Position numbers and translations under genes: made by a program. Shown in pieces: positions 9,724 through 20,045 of a stretch of 64,000 nt of DNA. Source of the DNA: Candidatus Latescibacterota bacterium (GTDB lineage Bacteria > Latescibacterota > UBA2968 > GCA-2709665); assembly GCA_963667175.2 (NCBI GenBank), contig CAXXXF010000015.1, positions 256,001 to 320,000 of the forward strand, in the 5' to 3' direction. Positions within the stretch are counted from its first letter, which is position 1. Every line of letters begins with the position of its first letter. The notes beneath the pieces were generated by a model. The model was given only the letters and a program-made list of their open reading frames with translations. It was not told the DNA's origin and did not search any database.

Positions 9724-11973
9724 ATGAAAATCCCGATCAAAGAAATCACGGTTGCGAACCGATTCATCTATTATTACGCCAATTTTAAGGAACGCTTCTA
9801 CGGCTACGTCCTCCGCCGGGACGGCCGCAACATCCCCGACGAGCACTACGCGGGACGCTTCAAAGAATCCGGTGTAACGGCGCGTTCTCACCCCGACAAA
9901 GTGTCATCCCGACCCATTACCCGACGCAGGTGGCGGGAACTGCGTCCTCCGGTGCCGCCGGAAGGACGGGAAACCCTTGCGGAAACCGAACCCGGAGAAA
10001 TCGTGCTCTTTCTGTATCGCAAGCGCATGATGCTGGGGACGTTTTCTCATCGGGTCTGGGGAACCCGCATCTGTATTGCCGCGGAGGACGGGAGACGCCT
10101 GATCATTCGAAGAAACTCCCTGGTCTACCCTACCGGCGTCGGCGTTACGGGCAATCCCGACTTTCTGCGATCCTACGGGGCGTCTGTACGGGCGATGGCA
10201 ACACATATCGACCTCGGGGAGATCTGGAACGCGTTCAAAGACGACCAACCCGCTATCGAAATCTCTGACATCGGCGCGCTGTATTGGGGCGACGACCCCG
10301 ACCCCTCACGCTGGCTTGCCCTCTTCATTCACCTGGAATCCGATTGCCCTTATTTCGTACGGACCCGACTGTACACATATCGTCCGCTCGAAACGCATGA
10401 AGTCAAGAACCGGTTCGACCTCCTTGCCGGCAAGGAGACGCTGACTCACGAGCTGCAGGAATTCCTCCACTGGCTCGAAGAGGACGAGGAGGGTTACGAT
10501 CCGAAGACGCTTACCGGAAGGCAGCGGAACTGGCTGGAACAGATCAGACAATACGCGCTGTGGGGATCCAAATCGGAAAGCGCCGGGAACGCGCGGAAGA
10601 TGCTTCGTCAGATTTCCTTCGTGAAGGGTGATCTTCAGCGGCACGCGTTCGAATTGATGGTCAGGAAACGCATCTGGCGTCCGGATGAAAACCTGGATCT
10701 CCTCCGGTCGGATCTCTCGCCCGACTTTCCGTCCGACGTCCTGAAAGAGGCCGCGGCTGTCGACCTGTCGCGAATCCTGAGAGGCAGGCGAAGACTTCGC
10801 GGCGCGTCTTTCTGCCTGCAGACGGGTTCCGTGGACGATCCCGAACTCGCCTTCTCGCTCAGGCGCCGGTGGCGGGGCGGATACGAACTCGGTATCCACG
10901 TTCCCGATATTGCGGCCTGCGTACCCGCCGGATCCGCGCTGGACCGGTCGGCGTCGGACCGGCTGGCGACGCTCCGGCTGCCCGACCTCACGATACCCAT
11001 GCTGCCGACGCGTATCGCCGACGAAGTCGGCCGGTTCGGTGTGAAGCGGCGTCGACCCGCGCTAAGCCTGATCTGGAAGCTGGATCGAAATCTGAATTTC
11101 GGAGACATGAGGATCGTCCTCTCGTCGATCAGAATTCGGTCCCGTCTTTCCGCAGTAGAAGTCGAAAACATCGATGCGGGTGAACACCATCCCCTGGCCG
11201 GCCGCCTGCGGATCCTGAGCCGCCTGACAGACTCCCTCCGCGAACAGCGTCTGCGCCGCGGCGCATTCGAGGACTTCGGCCGGACCCGGGTCGAGGCCGG
11301 GAGTGGAGGGGCCCTCATCAGTCGGACGGACCCCGCGGACCCTGCATACAGAATTCGCCACGAGTTGGGCCTTCTTGCGGCGGCTGAACTGGCGACGTGG
11401 TGTGTACGTCACGACGTCCCGGCCATTTACATTGCCCAGGACGGCGTCGAAAACCGCCGCGAACTGGACGGAATCAGCCATTCAATTGTACGACGCCACG
11501 AAATCCGCCGCCAGTGCCCTTACCCGAAATTCAGCGCCGAACCCGCCGCCCATTACGGATACGGGATTCGAGCGTGCTGCGCGGCCGTCGCTCCCGGCGA
11601 TCGCTATCCGGACCTGATGGTCCAGAGACAGATCGTCCATCATCTGAACACCGGGGGCCCGTTCTACACAGTCAATGAACTTAACCTCGTCCGCTACCGG
11701 GCGCAGGAAGAACACGCGCACCATGTCAGCCTTCGCTCCCGCCACGAACGTCGCCTCATCCTGAACCGGCTTGCCGCATCCGAGGACCGCACGCTTTCCG
11801 CTGTCGTGCTCCATCCCCGGCGCGACGGGGCACTGGTGGAACTTACGGAATATCCTGTCAAAACCCTGGTCCAGGCGCCGCGACCCGTAAACCCGGGCGA
11901 CGTCCTTCGGCTTCGGGTCAACGGCATTGACCGCTGGCGCTGCGACCCCCATTTTCTTGTATTGCAGACATAG
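9724..11973 (+). CDS. RNB-domain (RNase II/R-like) protein with degenerate active site
   Basis: GIHVPDI, IPMLP, RPALS, RYPDLMVQRQI and a C-terminal S1-like region; RBS GAGG. Confidence 0.8.
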   Translation: MKIPIKEITVANRFIYYYANFKERFYGYVLRRDGRNIPDEHYAGRFKESGVTARSHPDKVSSRPITRRRWRELRPPVPPEGRETLAETEPGEIVLFLYRKRMMLGTFSHRVWGTRICIAAEDGRRLIIRRNSLVYPTGVGVTGNPDFLRSYGASVRAMATHIDLGEIWNAFKDDQPAIEISDIGALYWGDDPDPSRWLALFIHLESDCPYFVRTRLYTYRPLETHEVKNRFDLLAGKETLTHELQEFLHWLEEDEEGYDPKTLTGRQRNWLEQIRQYALWGSKSESAGNARKMLRQISFVKGDLQRHAFELMVRKRIWRPDENLDLLRSDLSPDFPSDVLKEAAAVDLSRILRGRRRLRGASFCLQTGSVDDPELAFSLRRRWRGGYELGIHVPDIAACVPAGSALDRSASDRLATLRLPDLTIPMLPTRIADEVGRFGVKRRRPALSLIWKLDRNLNFGDMRIVLSSIRIRSRLSAVEVENIDAGEHHPLAGRLRILSRLTDSLREQRLRRGAFEDFGRTRVEAGSGGALISRTDPADPAYRIRHELGLLAAAELATWCVRHDVPAIYIAQDGVENRRELDGISHSIVRRHEIRRQCPYPKFSAEPAAHYGYGIRACCAAVAPGDRYPDLMVQRQIVHHLNTGGPFYTVNELNLVRYRAQEEHAHHVSLRSRHERRLILNRLAASEDRTLSAVVLHPRRDGALVELTEYPVKTLVQAPRPVNPGDVLRLRVNGIDRWRCDPHFLVLQT

Positions 11974-12013
11974 CGGAAAGCGCGAGCGAGTGACGGACAA
12001 AGAGGAGACCCGA

Positions 12014-13579
12014 ATGAACGACGACTCAGCATTGATCGCACATTGGGGACTGGACGGAGACTGCCGGGACCATGCAGGCGCCAGCCACGGCGAGAATCAC
12101 GGCGTGACGTTTTCCCCCGACGGCGCCGGGTTCAACGGCCGCGGCGCTCACGTCCTCGTGCCCGCCGGCCGATCGCTGGAACTCGGCGAGGGTGACTTTT
12201 CCATTTCGGTCCACGCGCATACCGACGAAATCCTCGACGATGTGCCGGGAGACATCCTGAGCAAATACGACCCGGACACGCGGACGGGCTTCAACTTCGG
12301 ACTCGCGAACAACGCGGGCGTCACCGCGGCCCAGGCAAACTATCGCCACCTTCACTTCGGGATCGACAGCGGTCACGTCGGCGAATGGATCGACTGCGGG
12401 CGCCCCGGAAACAACCTGCGCGTCTACTCCCTGTGCGTTTTCGACGGCGATCTGTACGCCGGTACGTTCGAAACCGGCGCGGACGAGTCGGGAGGCGTCT
12501 ACCGGTACGACGGAGACGCGGGATGGATCGACTGCGGGCATCCGGACAGGTGCAATACCATGGCGTCGCTGTGCGTATTCAACGGAACCCTCTACGCGGG
12601 TTCCTCCCGCTACAAGGCCGGCGGGTCCGCCCTTCCGGAATCCGAGAACCTGAACCCGGGGGGAAATATGTTCAGGTACGAGGGCGGGGCCGAGTGGACG
12701 CCCATCGGCCGCATGGAAGGCGCGGATTCCTGTGCCGGGATGGCCGTTTACCGGGGCGAACTCTATGCCATCCCCCTCTACAGCCAGGGCGTATTCCGGT
12801 ACGAAGGCGATGACGTCTGGAGCCACTGCGGCGCCCCCGGGCGGCGGATGATGTCCCTGGGGGTGTTCAACGGCGACTTATACGGCGCCGGGAACGAAGG
12901 AGGAGGGGCCGGCGGCGTCTTCCGCTACGACGGCGGAACCGGTTGGGCGCACGCCGGCGGTCAGGAGGGCGTGACCCAGGTCTATTCCTTCGCCGCCCAC
13001 AACGGCAGACTCCACGTGGGCACCTGGCCGGAGGGCAAGGTCTTCAGGGACGACGGCAACGATCCCTGGACGTGCGCCGGGCGCCTCGGCGAGGAAATGG
13101 AAGTCATGGCGATGGCCGTGTACAATGGAAAACTCTACGCAGGCACCCTGCCCCTGGGCCAGGTGTATCGTCACGACGGAGGCGACACGTGGACCCTGAC
13201 GGGCCAGCTCGACGTGACTCCGGACGTCAAATACCGGCGCGTCTGGTCCATGGCCGTTTACCGGGGAAGACTGTTCGGAGGCACGCTGCCGTCCGGCCGC
13301 GTCTACGCGCTGGAGGCCGGCGCGAACCTGAGCTACGATCACGAACTGGCGCCCGGATGGCGGCATCTCGTGGCCGTCCGGCAAGGCAGCCGCCTCCTCC
13401 TCTACGTGGACGGAGAGCAGGTCTCCAACTCGTCGCCCTTCGATCCTTCGCAATTCGACCTCACAAACGCAATGCCTCTAAAGATAGGCGGCGGCGCCGT
13501 CGACACCTTCAACGGGCGGCTGAAGGACCTTCGTCTCTATGGCCGCGCGCTCAGTGCGGCGGAGATCGCGAATCTGTAA
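12014..13579 (+). CDS. LamG/concanavalin-like domain protein with inserted beta-propeller repeats
   Basis: LamG-like termini (HWGLDG...; WRHLVAVR...LYVDG...FNGRLKDLRLYGRALS) flank repeated 'vfnGxLYAGt...vyRYdGg..W' blades; RBS GAGGAG. Confidence 0.75.
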   Translation: MNDDSALIAHWGLDGDCRDHAGASHGENHGVTFSPDGAGFNGRGAHVLVPAGRSLELGEGDFSISVHAHTDEILDDVPGDILSKYDPDTRTGFNFGLANNAGVTAAQANYRHLHFGIDSGHVGEWIDCGRPGNNLRVYSLCVFDGDLYAGTFETGADESGGVYRYDGDAGWIDCGHPDRCNTMASLCVFNGTLYAGSSRYKAGGSALPESENLNPGGNMFRYEGGAEWTPIGRMEGADSCAGMAVYRGELYAIPLYSQGVFRYEGDDVWSHCGAPGRRMMSLGVFNGDLYGAGNEGGGAGGVFRYDGGTGWAHAGGQEGVTQVYSFAAHNGRLHVGTWPEGKVFRDDGNDPWTCAGRLGEEMEVMAMAVYNGKLYAGTLPLGQVYRHDGGDTWTLTGQLDVTPDVKYRRVWSMAVYRGRLFGGTLPSGRVYALEAGANLSYDHELAPGWRHLVAVRQGSRLLLYVDGEQVSNSSPFDPSQFDLTNAMPLKIGGGAVDTFNGRLKDLRLYGRALSAAEIANL

Positions 13580-13675
13580 GTACCACGGTTGGAAATTGCA
13601 GCCGGCATCTGACCGGGCCGACACACAGACAGCAGGGGAACCGGCGTACGAACTCGAACCTTCGGGAGAACCGAG

Positions 13676-15001
13676 ATGTTTAAAGCAGGCGCATCCAAGG
13701 TCAACATTACCCCGTTTCTGGGTGGACCGATGGCGGGTTACGGGGCGCGCGATCGGGGCAGCGAGAGCATCCACGACGAATTGCACGCGAAGGCCCTGGT
13801 GCTGGATGACGGGAGTACCAGCGTCGCGCTGATTACCACCGACCTCATCGGCATCGATCGCGAGTTCGCCGAATGCGTCCGCGGGCTCGTCGAGGAGCGG
13901 GTGGGCATTCCTCCGGACCGGGTGTGGATGTGCGGTTCCCACACCCATTTCGGGCCGGCCGTCAGCTCGCGCCGGAAGGACGGGGACGATGCGGACGCTT
14001 ATGACAGGTCGTACGCGGAGGTATTGGCCGCGAAACTGTCCACGGCCGTGAAAGTCGCGCACGACCGTCTTCGCCCCGCCCGGCTCGGCGCCGGCGCCGC
14101 CCGCGCCGAAGGCATCAGCTACAACCGGCGGCTCATCCGGCACGACGGAAAGGTGGAAATGAGCCTCACCCTGCCGCCGCCTTACGAGGGTCTGAAGTTC
14201 GGTCCTGTGGACCCGGAAGCGGGCCTGCTGAAAATAGAAGGCGACGCCGACGGCGAGTCCATCGCATCGCTCGTCAACTTCGCCTGCCATCCCGTCTCCA
14301 GCACGGACCGTATGTATGAATTCACCGCCGATTATCCGGGTTACGCCATGGACCTGATCGAATCGGTGGAAGGCGGCATCTGTCTCTTTGCCCTCGGCTG
14401 CGCGGGCAATATCGTTCCCATCCAGCGGCGGGGCCGGTCCAAACGCCAGGTCGGCCTGTCGCTCGGCGGTTGCGCGCTGAACGCGCTCCAGTGGATACGG
14501 ACGACCGACCAGGTCCGCATCCGTGCCGCCAGAAAGTCGATCGAACTGCCCCTGCGCAGATTTCCGACGCCCGCGCGAATGGAGCGGCAGATTGCAGAAG
14601 CGGAAGCCACGCTTGACAGCGCGCGCGAACGGAAAGCGCCGTCGCGTGAGATCACTGAATGCAGGGAGGCCCTGGGCCTTGCCAGAAGTCTGCCTCACTG
14701 GGCCGAACGATTCGACCGGCGGAAGACGCGATCCACGGAAATCCAGGTGTTCTGGCTCGGCGACGTTCCGATGATCGGGCTGCCGGGAGAAGTCTTCGTC
14801 GAACTCGGACTCCGGATCAAGAAAGCCCTGGATGCCGATCCGGTCCTGGTCGTAAGTCTCAGCAACGACAGCGCCGGTTACATTCCGGTCCGGCGTGCGT
14901 ACCGTGAAGGCGGCTACGAATCCAACGTATCGGCTTTCGCGCCCGGGTGCGGCGAACACCTCGTCAAGGAAGCCCTGGCCCTGGCCGAATCGATACGTTA
15001 G
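13676..15001 (+). CDS. Neutral/alkaline ceramidase-like hydrolase
   Basis: AGASKVNITP, SHTHFGP, NFACHP, LPGEVF, GYIP...GGYE. Confidence 0.8.
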   Translation: MFKAGASKVNITPFLGGPMAGYGARDRGSESIHDELHAKALVLDDGSTSVALITTDLIGIDREFAECVRGLVEERVGIPPDRVWMCGSHTHFGPAVSSRRKDGDDADAYDRSYAEVLAAKLSTAVKVAHDRLRPARLGAGAARAEGISYNRRLIRHDGKVEMSLTLPPPYEGLKFGPVDPEAGLLKIEGDADGESIASLVNFACHPVSSTDRMYEFTADYPGYAMDLIESVEGGICLFALGCAGNIVPIQRRGRSKRQVGLSLGGCALNALQWIRTTDQVRIRAARKSIELPLRRFPTPARMERQIAEAEATLDSARERKAPSREITECREALGLARSLPHWAERFDRRKTRSTEIQVFWLGDVPMIGLPGEVFVELGLRIKKALDADPVLVVSLSNDSAGYIPVRRAYREGGYESNVSAFAPGCGEHLVKEALALAESIR

Positions 15002-15038
15002 CCGGGCCGCACCACAGGGTCGGGCCCATGTCAGGACA

Positions 15039-16349
15039 ATGTCTATGTCGATGATCGCATGTCTGTTTCTCTTTATTGCCGTCTTTTTTTTCACGCGAAC
15101 ACGTGAGGCCGCCGCCGAAGTGTCCCTTTCGGCAGGCGCGGCCCGAACCGATATCACGCCCGACCCCGCGATGCCGAACTGGGTGGACGGCAGACCCTAT
15201 GACGGCGTTCTGGATCCGTTGACGCTGCGCGGGCTCGTTCTTTCGGACGGGAAGACCGAGTTCGCCCTGATCTGCTGGGACCTCATCGACGTGACGGAGG
15301 AATGCGCCGCCAGCGTGCGCCGGGCCGTCCACGGCGCAACGGGCATCCCGGATACGCACGTCCTGATGGCCGCCTCGCACACCCACTCGTCGCCCCGGTC
15401 TCCATATGCCGCGTCCACGTTTCCCGGCCGCAAGAGCGAGCGTCTCCGGGGGATTCTGGACGATCCCGTATTCCGGGCATGGAGCGAACGCCTGCCGGGA
15501 CAATGCGCCGACGTCCTCAAACGGGCTCAGGGCCGCCGGCAGCCCGTCACTTTGAACATCGGACGCGCGAACGCCTCGGAATGGCTGTTCAACCGGCGCC
15601 CCCTCGATCCTGACGGCAACGTCGTTACCATGTTTCGCCCCAAAGATCCGCAAACGTTGCCGGACGGCCTGCGTTTCGGACCTCTGGACCCCACCCTGAC
15701 CGTTCTCACCCTTCGGAACGGCGCGGGCGCGAACGTCGCCACCCTGTACAGCGTTCCCTGCCACCCCGTCTCCATCTATCCCCACCACCGCGGCGTCTCG
15801 GCGGACTGGCCCGGGCCGGCCAATGAGCGGGTCTCGGAAGTCCTGGGCGGCGAGACCTTCTTCCTGCAGGGCTGCGCGGGGGACATCGTCCCCGCAAGGC
15901 GAGGGGAAGAAGCGCGCGCGAAAATGGCCCGTTTCTTCGCGAAACGGACCATCGCGGCGGCCCGGATTTCCCACTCCCTGCCGTCGTCGCCCCTGAGAAT
16001 CGCAACCCGGGTCGCCGGCCTGCCTCTCGTATCCGAAGCGCGACAGCAGGCGGGCGCCGACGTCCGGCCGGTCGAACTCCAGGCGGTGGTGTGCGGACCC
16101 TTCGGCCTCGCCGTGATTCCCGGAGAACCCCTGAACGGACTCGCGCGTGAGATTCAGGCTCGTTCACCACTGCCCCACACGCTTGTCATCGGATATGCCA
16201 ATGGCCGCGGGGTGAGTTACGTCGGCCTTCCCGGAGAAAAAGCCAGGGGCGGATACGAGGCAGGCGCCGGCCAGGGTACCGAAGAAGCCGGCGACTTCAT
16301 CGTCCAGACGACGTTGCGGCTGCTCAGCGAAGCGGCGGAAGAAATCTGA
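15039..16349 (+). CDS. Second ceramidase-like hydrolase with signal peptide
   Basis: AGAARTDITP, SHTHSSP, PCHP, IPGEP, GGYE; hydrophobic N-terminus; start uncertain. Confidence 0.75.
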   Translation: MSMSMIACLFLFIAVFFFTRTREAAAEVSLSAGAARTDITPDPAMPNWVDGRPYDGVLDPLTLRGLVLSDGKTEFALICWDLIDVTEECAASVRRAVHGATGIPDTHVLMAASHTHSSPRSPYAASTFPGRKSERLRGILDDPVFRAWSERLPGQCADVLKRAQGRRQPVTLNIGRANASEWLFNRRPLDPDGNVVTMFRPKDPQTLPDGLRFGPLDPTLTVLTLRNGAGANVATLYSVPCHPVSIYPHHRGVSADWPGPANERVSEVLGGETFFLQGCAGDIVPARRGEEARAKMARFFAKRTIAAARISHSLPSSPLRIATRVAGLPLVSEARQQAGADVRPVELQAVVCGPFGLAVIPGEPLNGLAREIQARSPLPHTLVIGYANGRGVSYVGLPGEKARGGYEAGAGQGTEEAGDFIVQTTLRLLSEAAEEI

Positions 16350-16588
16350 AAGCGGGGTGAGGGGCCGTGGGGTGAGGGCGCTCTTGATTCAAGCTAACTG
16401 CTGACTGCTGAGAGCTGATAGCTTATTCATTTCTGTTCATCCTCGATTCGATGCTGGCGGTCGATGGAATCAAAGAGGGATCTGACGTCGAAGAACCCGC
16501 CGATGCCCACGACAACGGTGACTACCGCGAAGACAAGCAGTCCGAGAACGAGCACGGCGCCCCAGAAAGGAACCCAGAATGCCATGGA

Positions 16589-18136
16589 TCAGGCCTCCTC
16601 TTCTCTGCGTGCGCGGTCCGGAAACAGGAGGGAACCGAGAACCATCAGGACCAGCGCCAGCACGGTCGCGCCAAGGCCGACGTGGGCGCCGGTGAACGCG
16701 TCCAGCCCCAGGGCCCTCTTTACGGGCGTCAAACCGGCCACGGCGGCGGCGCCCGCGACAAGCGCGAGGTATGCGCCGGCGGTACTGGCGCGTTTCCAGT
16801 AGATCCCCGTGAGGAGCAGGGCGAACGCGCCGGTGAAGTAGATCGCGCCGCTCACCAGCATATAGTCCCAGAGGTCCTGGCCAAGCTCGTACCACAGGCC
16901 CCACACGAGCAGAAAAGCGCCGATGACAAAGATGAAGATCCGGGACATCGTCAGGCGGGCGCGGGTGGAAAGGGTATCGCCGGTGGCGGGGGCGACCACG
17001 TCGTGGGTAAGGACCGACGACCAGCAAAGCAGATAGCTGTCGTGGGTGGACATGAAGGCCGCCAGCAGTCCCGCCCCGATGAGGCCGATGAGACCGGCGG
17101 GGAGGATCTGGCTGAGGAAGACGGGCATGGCCAGAAGGGTGAGGTCCGAATTCCCCGTGGGGCCGCCGCCCGGAGAGAAGAAAACCCCGCGGGTCGTCTC
17201 GTCCTGGTAGAGAAAGACAAGAGCGCAGATGCCCAGAAACTGGGGCACCATGAACCGTACCAGAAAACCGATGGAGGACCAGGCGTAGAGTTTCTTCACC
17301 ACGGACGCGTTCTCAGCGGCGCAGGCCCTCATCACGGCGGTCTGCCACACGGCGCAGGAGACGATCCCGGCGGTGAAGATCATCCAGACGACGTACGACG
17401 GACCGAATCCTCCCCCCGCGTGAAGCGGATTGAACCCGGGCTCCCCGTGGATCGCCGCGACGGTATCGACGATTGCCGACCATCCGAGCCTGTCCACGGC
17501 GATCCCGCATGTGAGGATAACACCCACGGATAGCACGATAAACTGGACGTAATCCGTGATGACGACCGAAACCATGCCGCCGAGTATGGTATAGCACAGA
17601 ACCAGCAGGAGCATCACGGTCATGATCAGGGCGACGGACGTGGGATTCGTGATCCCGGTCAGGCCGGCGACGAAGATCGCGCCCGCCTTGAGGAACAGGC
17701 CCATGTTGAGGATGCCGGAAAGGGCGAGCAGCAGGCCGCCGAAGATACGGACGCCGCGACTGAATCGTCTTTCGTAGAATTCGGGAATCGTCATCACGCC
17801 CAGCTCGCGTAGCGGGACCACGATAAATCCGGTGAGGCCGATGATCAGGGTAACGATGCCGGCGATCAGGCCGATGTGAAAGGCCGCGAACCCGCCGGTG
17901 AATCCCTTCTGGGCGGAATACATGACGGTCACGAGCCCGAGTTCGCTTCCGATCATCGTGGCGACGGCCAGGTACGGTTTCAGTGAGCGGCCGGCGACGA
18001 TATAGTCGCTCATGCTGCGGATGTACCGGTTGGCATACAGACCGATGGCGACGGCGCCGAGCATGTACAGGGCGACAATTGCCCAATCGACGGAGCCGAA
18101 GTTGGAACTGATGCCGGTCAGGAGATCGGATGACAT
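16589..18136 (-). CDS. Sodium:solute symporter (SSS family)
   Basis: DYIVAGRSL, TIPEFYERRF, GGMVSVVITDYVQ, AAFMSTHDS; multiple TM helices. Confidence 0.92.
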   Translation of the reverse strand: MSSDLLTGISSNFGSVDWAIVALYMLGAVAIGLYANRYIRSMSDYIVAGRSLKPYLAVATMIGSELGLVTVMYSAQKGFTGGFAAFHIGLIAGIVTLIIGLTGFIVVPLRELGVMTIPEFYERRFSRGVRIFGGLLLALSGILNMGLFLKAGAIFVAGLTGITNPTSVALIMTVMLLLVLCYTILGGMVSVVITDYVQFIVLSVGVILTCGIAVDRLGWSAIVDTVAAIHGEPGFNPLHAGGGFGPSYVVWMIFTAGIVSCAVWQTAVMRACAAENASVVKKLYAWSSIGFLVRFMVPQFLGICALVFLYQDETTRGVFFSPGGGPTGNSDLTLLAMPVFLSQILPAGLIGLIGAGLLAAFMSTHDSYLLCWSSVLTHDVVAPATGDTLSTRARLTMSRIFIFVIGAFLLVWGLWYELGQDLWDYMLVSGAIYFTGAFALLLTGIYWKRASTAGAYLALVAGAAAVAGLTPVKRALGLDAFTGAHVGLGATVLALVLMVLGSLLFPDRARREEEA

Positions 18137-18199
18137 TTGCAATACTCAAGGGAGTCCGGAAAAGCACAAAGCCCTTTCCGGATTTTTTTTTTTGTCACA

Positions 18200-18817
18200 T
18201 CAAGGCCAGTTGGGGCGTTCCATCGAGAAGGAGTCGTCGACGCACACGTAGTCCAGGTACCCGAGGCGCCCCACGGGTCTCAAAGCCACGGTGTCGACGC
18301 GGCCGTCCTTTATTGCCCAATCCGCAATATGAATGCCGATCACCTGACCGAAAACGACCGTGTTCGGATCGTCCGGAACGTCGGTCGGCAGGTCCACGGT
18401 ACGGGTGTGGATACATTCCAGATGGACCGGACTTTCCGCCACGCGGGGAGGTTTTACGAGTTCTGACGGCGCCTGCGTGACGCCCGCGTACTCGAACTCG
18501 TCGACGTGTCCGGGCGCGGGCACGGCAGTGGCGTTCATCTGGGTGCGAAGCGCCCAGGTGGCGAGGTTGACCACGAATTCGCCGGTTTCCCGGGCGTTCC
18601 TTATCGAATCCTTCAGCCCGCCATGGGAGTGCGTGGTCGTTGCGGCGAACATGACCTGCGGGGGTGTGTAGGCCACCGCGTTGAAAAACGAGTACGGGGC
18701 CAGGTTGACCGTACCCCGTGCGTCGATGGATGAAATCCATCCGATCGGTCGCGGCACGACGATGGCGTTGAAGGGATCGCGGGGCAGGCCGTGGTTTTCA
18801 GACGTCCTGTAAAACAT
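18200..18817 (-). CDS. Flavin reductase family protein (DIM6/NTAB)
   Basis: PRPIGWISS, NLAPYSFFN, KDSIRN, PPRVAESP, GRLGY. Confidence 0.92.
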   Translation of the reverse strand: MFYRTSENHGLPRDPFNAIVVPRPIGWISSIDARGTVNLAPYSFFNAVAYTPPQVMFAATTTHSHGGLKDSIRNARETGEFVVNLATWALRTQMNATAVPAPGHVDEFEYAGVTQAPSELVKPPRVAESPVHLECIHTRTVDLPTDVPDDPNTVVFGQVIGIHIADWAIKDGRVDTVALRPVGRLGYLDYVCVDDSFSMERPNWP

Positions 18818-18957
18818 GCTCGCGGCCTCCCATACCGGAGGTTTACCTCAAATCGAATGATGACAACCGTTAAATTGGCCACAAAAAGCACAAAAGGCAC
18901 AGAAGGTCTCGGTGCAAAACGGCGAGAAGGTCTAGTTCGTCTTCCTTGTAGCTGGGG

Positions 18958-19959
18958 CTATTTCCATTTGAAAACGACGCCCAGCGCGTCACCGGGATCG
19001 TCGGCGAGCATGGTGTAGATTTCCTGGCACTGTTCCGGATCCGCGACGTGGGTGATCAGGTCTTCCACGGGCAACCTGCCCTCTCCCATCAGGCGCATCA
19101 CCAGCGCCCGGTCCCGTTCCTTCGCCCACCGGTAGTAGATGTGATCGGCCTCCGGCGTTTTGGGCTGGTGGGCGCCCAGGATGCTGACTTCCCTCAGGTG
19201 TACGTCGGCCAGAAAATCCATGTCGACGGCGCCGCGCGGGGAACCCAGTGCGACCACACGCCCTGCCGTGCACGCAAGCCGGACGGCGGTGGGATAAACC
19301 GCGGGTTTTCCGGTCGCTTCGATCACGACGTTGGCGCCGTCTTCCACGCAGTGTCCGCCGATCGCGTCCCTGACGTCGTCCACGTCGCCGGGATTGATGC
19401 AGAACCCGGCGCCGCGGCGACGGGCCGCGTCCAGGCGGAAACCGTCCAGGTCGACGGCGATCACCGGGAGGGCGCCGGAGAGCCGCGCGAGGGTCGCCGC
19501 GAGCTGACCGACGATTCCCAGGCCGATGACGACCACGACCTCGCCCAGTTCAATGCGCGCCACACGGATTCCGTGGATGGCGATTGCGCCCATGACCATA
19601 AAGGCGGCGGCTTGCGATGACACGGCGTCGGGGACTTTCCGATGGAAGGACCTGGGGCCCGAGAGGACGGAATGGCTCGCGTGATTCCCCTGTCCGGCAA
19701 CGCGGTCGCCGGGGCGGATGCCCTCAACGTCCCTGCCGACTTCCAGGACCGTGCCGACGTTGCAATAGCCGGCGCCGCGGGGGAAACGGACCGGGTTACC
19801 GGGTTCGCCTCCATGCGTCCAGCCGTGGATCTCGGTTCCGACGCTGACGGCGGTGTACTCGTTTTCGATAAGGACACCGTCATCCGGTACAGGCCCGGTC
19901 TCGAGGGACGCGACTTCCATCCGGCGAATGCCGGGAATGAGGAGACGTCTGGCTTTCAT
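18958..19959 (-). CDS. Zinc-binding dehydrogenase family oxidoreductase (MDR)
   Basis: SVGTE, GYCNVG, GLGIVG, IEATG; RBS AAGGA. Confidence 0.85.
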   Translation of the reverse strand: MKARRLLIPGIRRMEVASLETGPVPDDGVLIENEYTAVSVGTEIHGWTHGGEPGNPVRFPRGAGYCNVGTVLEVGRDVEGIRPGDRVAGQGNHASHSVLSGPRSFHRKVPDAVSSQAAAFMVMGAIAIHGIRVARIELGEVVVVIGLGIVGQLAATLARLSGALPVIAVDLDGFRLDAARRRGAGFCINPGDVDDVRDAIGGHCVEDGANVVIEATGKPAVYPTAVRLACTAGRVVALGSPRGAVDMDFLADVHLREVSILGAHQPKTPEADHIYYRWAKERDRALVMRLMGEGRLPVEDLITHVADPEQCQEIYTMLADDPGDALGVVFKWK

Positions 19960-20045
19960 CTGCAAGTCCTTTCATAATGGTCGATCGCGGACACGACGGG
20001 AAATGGTGACGGGCGCAGGAACCCGCCGGTCGGCGGGCGCGGTTT

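Noticed and set aside
16393-16423. Heptamer run GCTAACT GCTGACT GCTGAGA GCTGATA
   Set aside because: A short degenerate intergenic repeat with no further structure, so it was not called as a feature.
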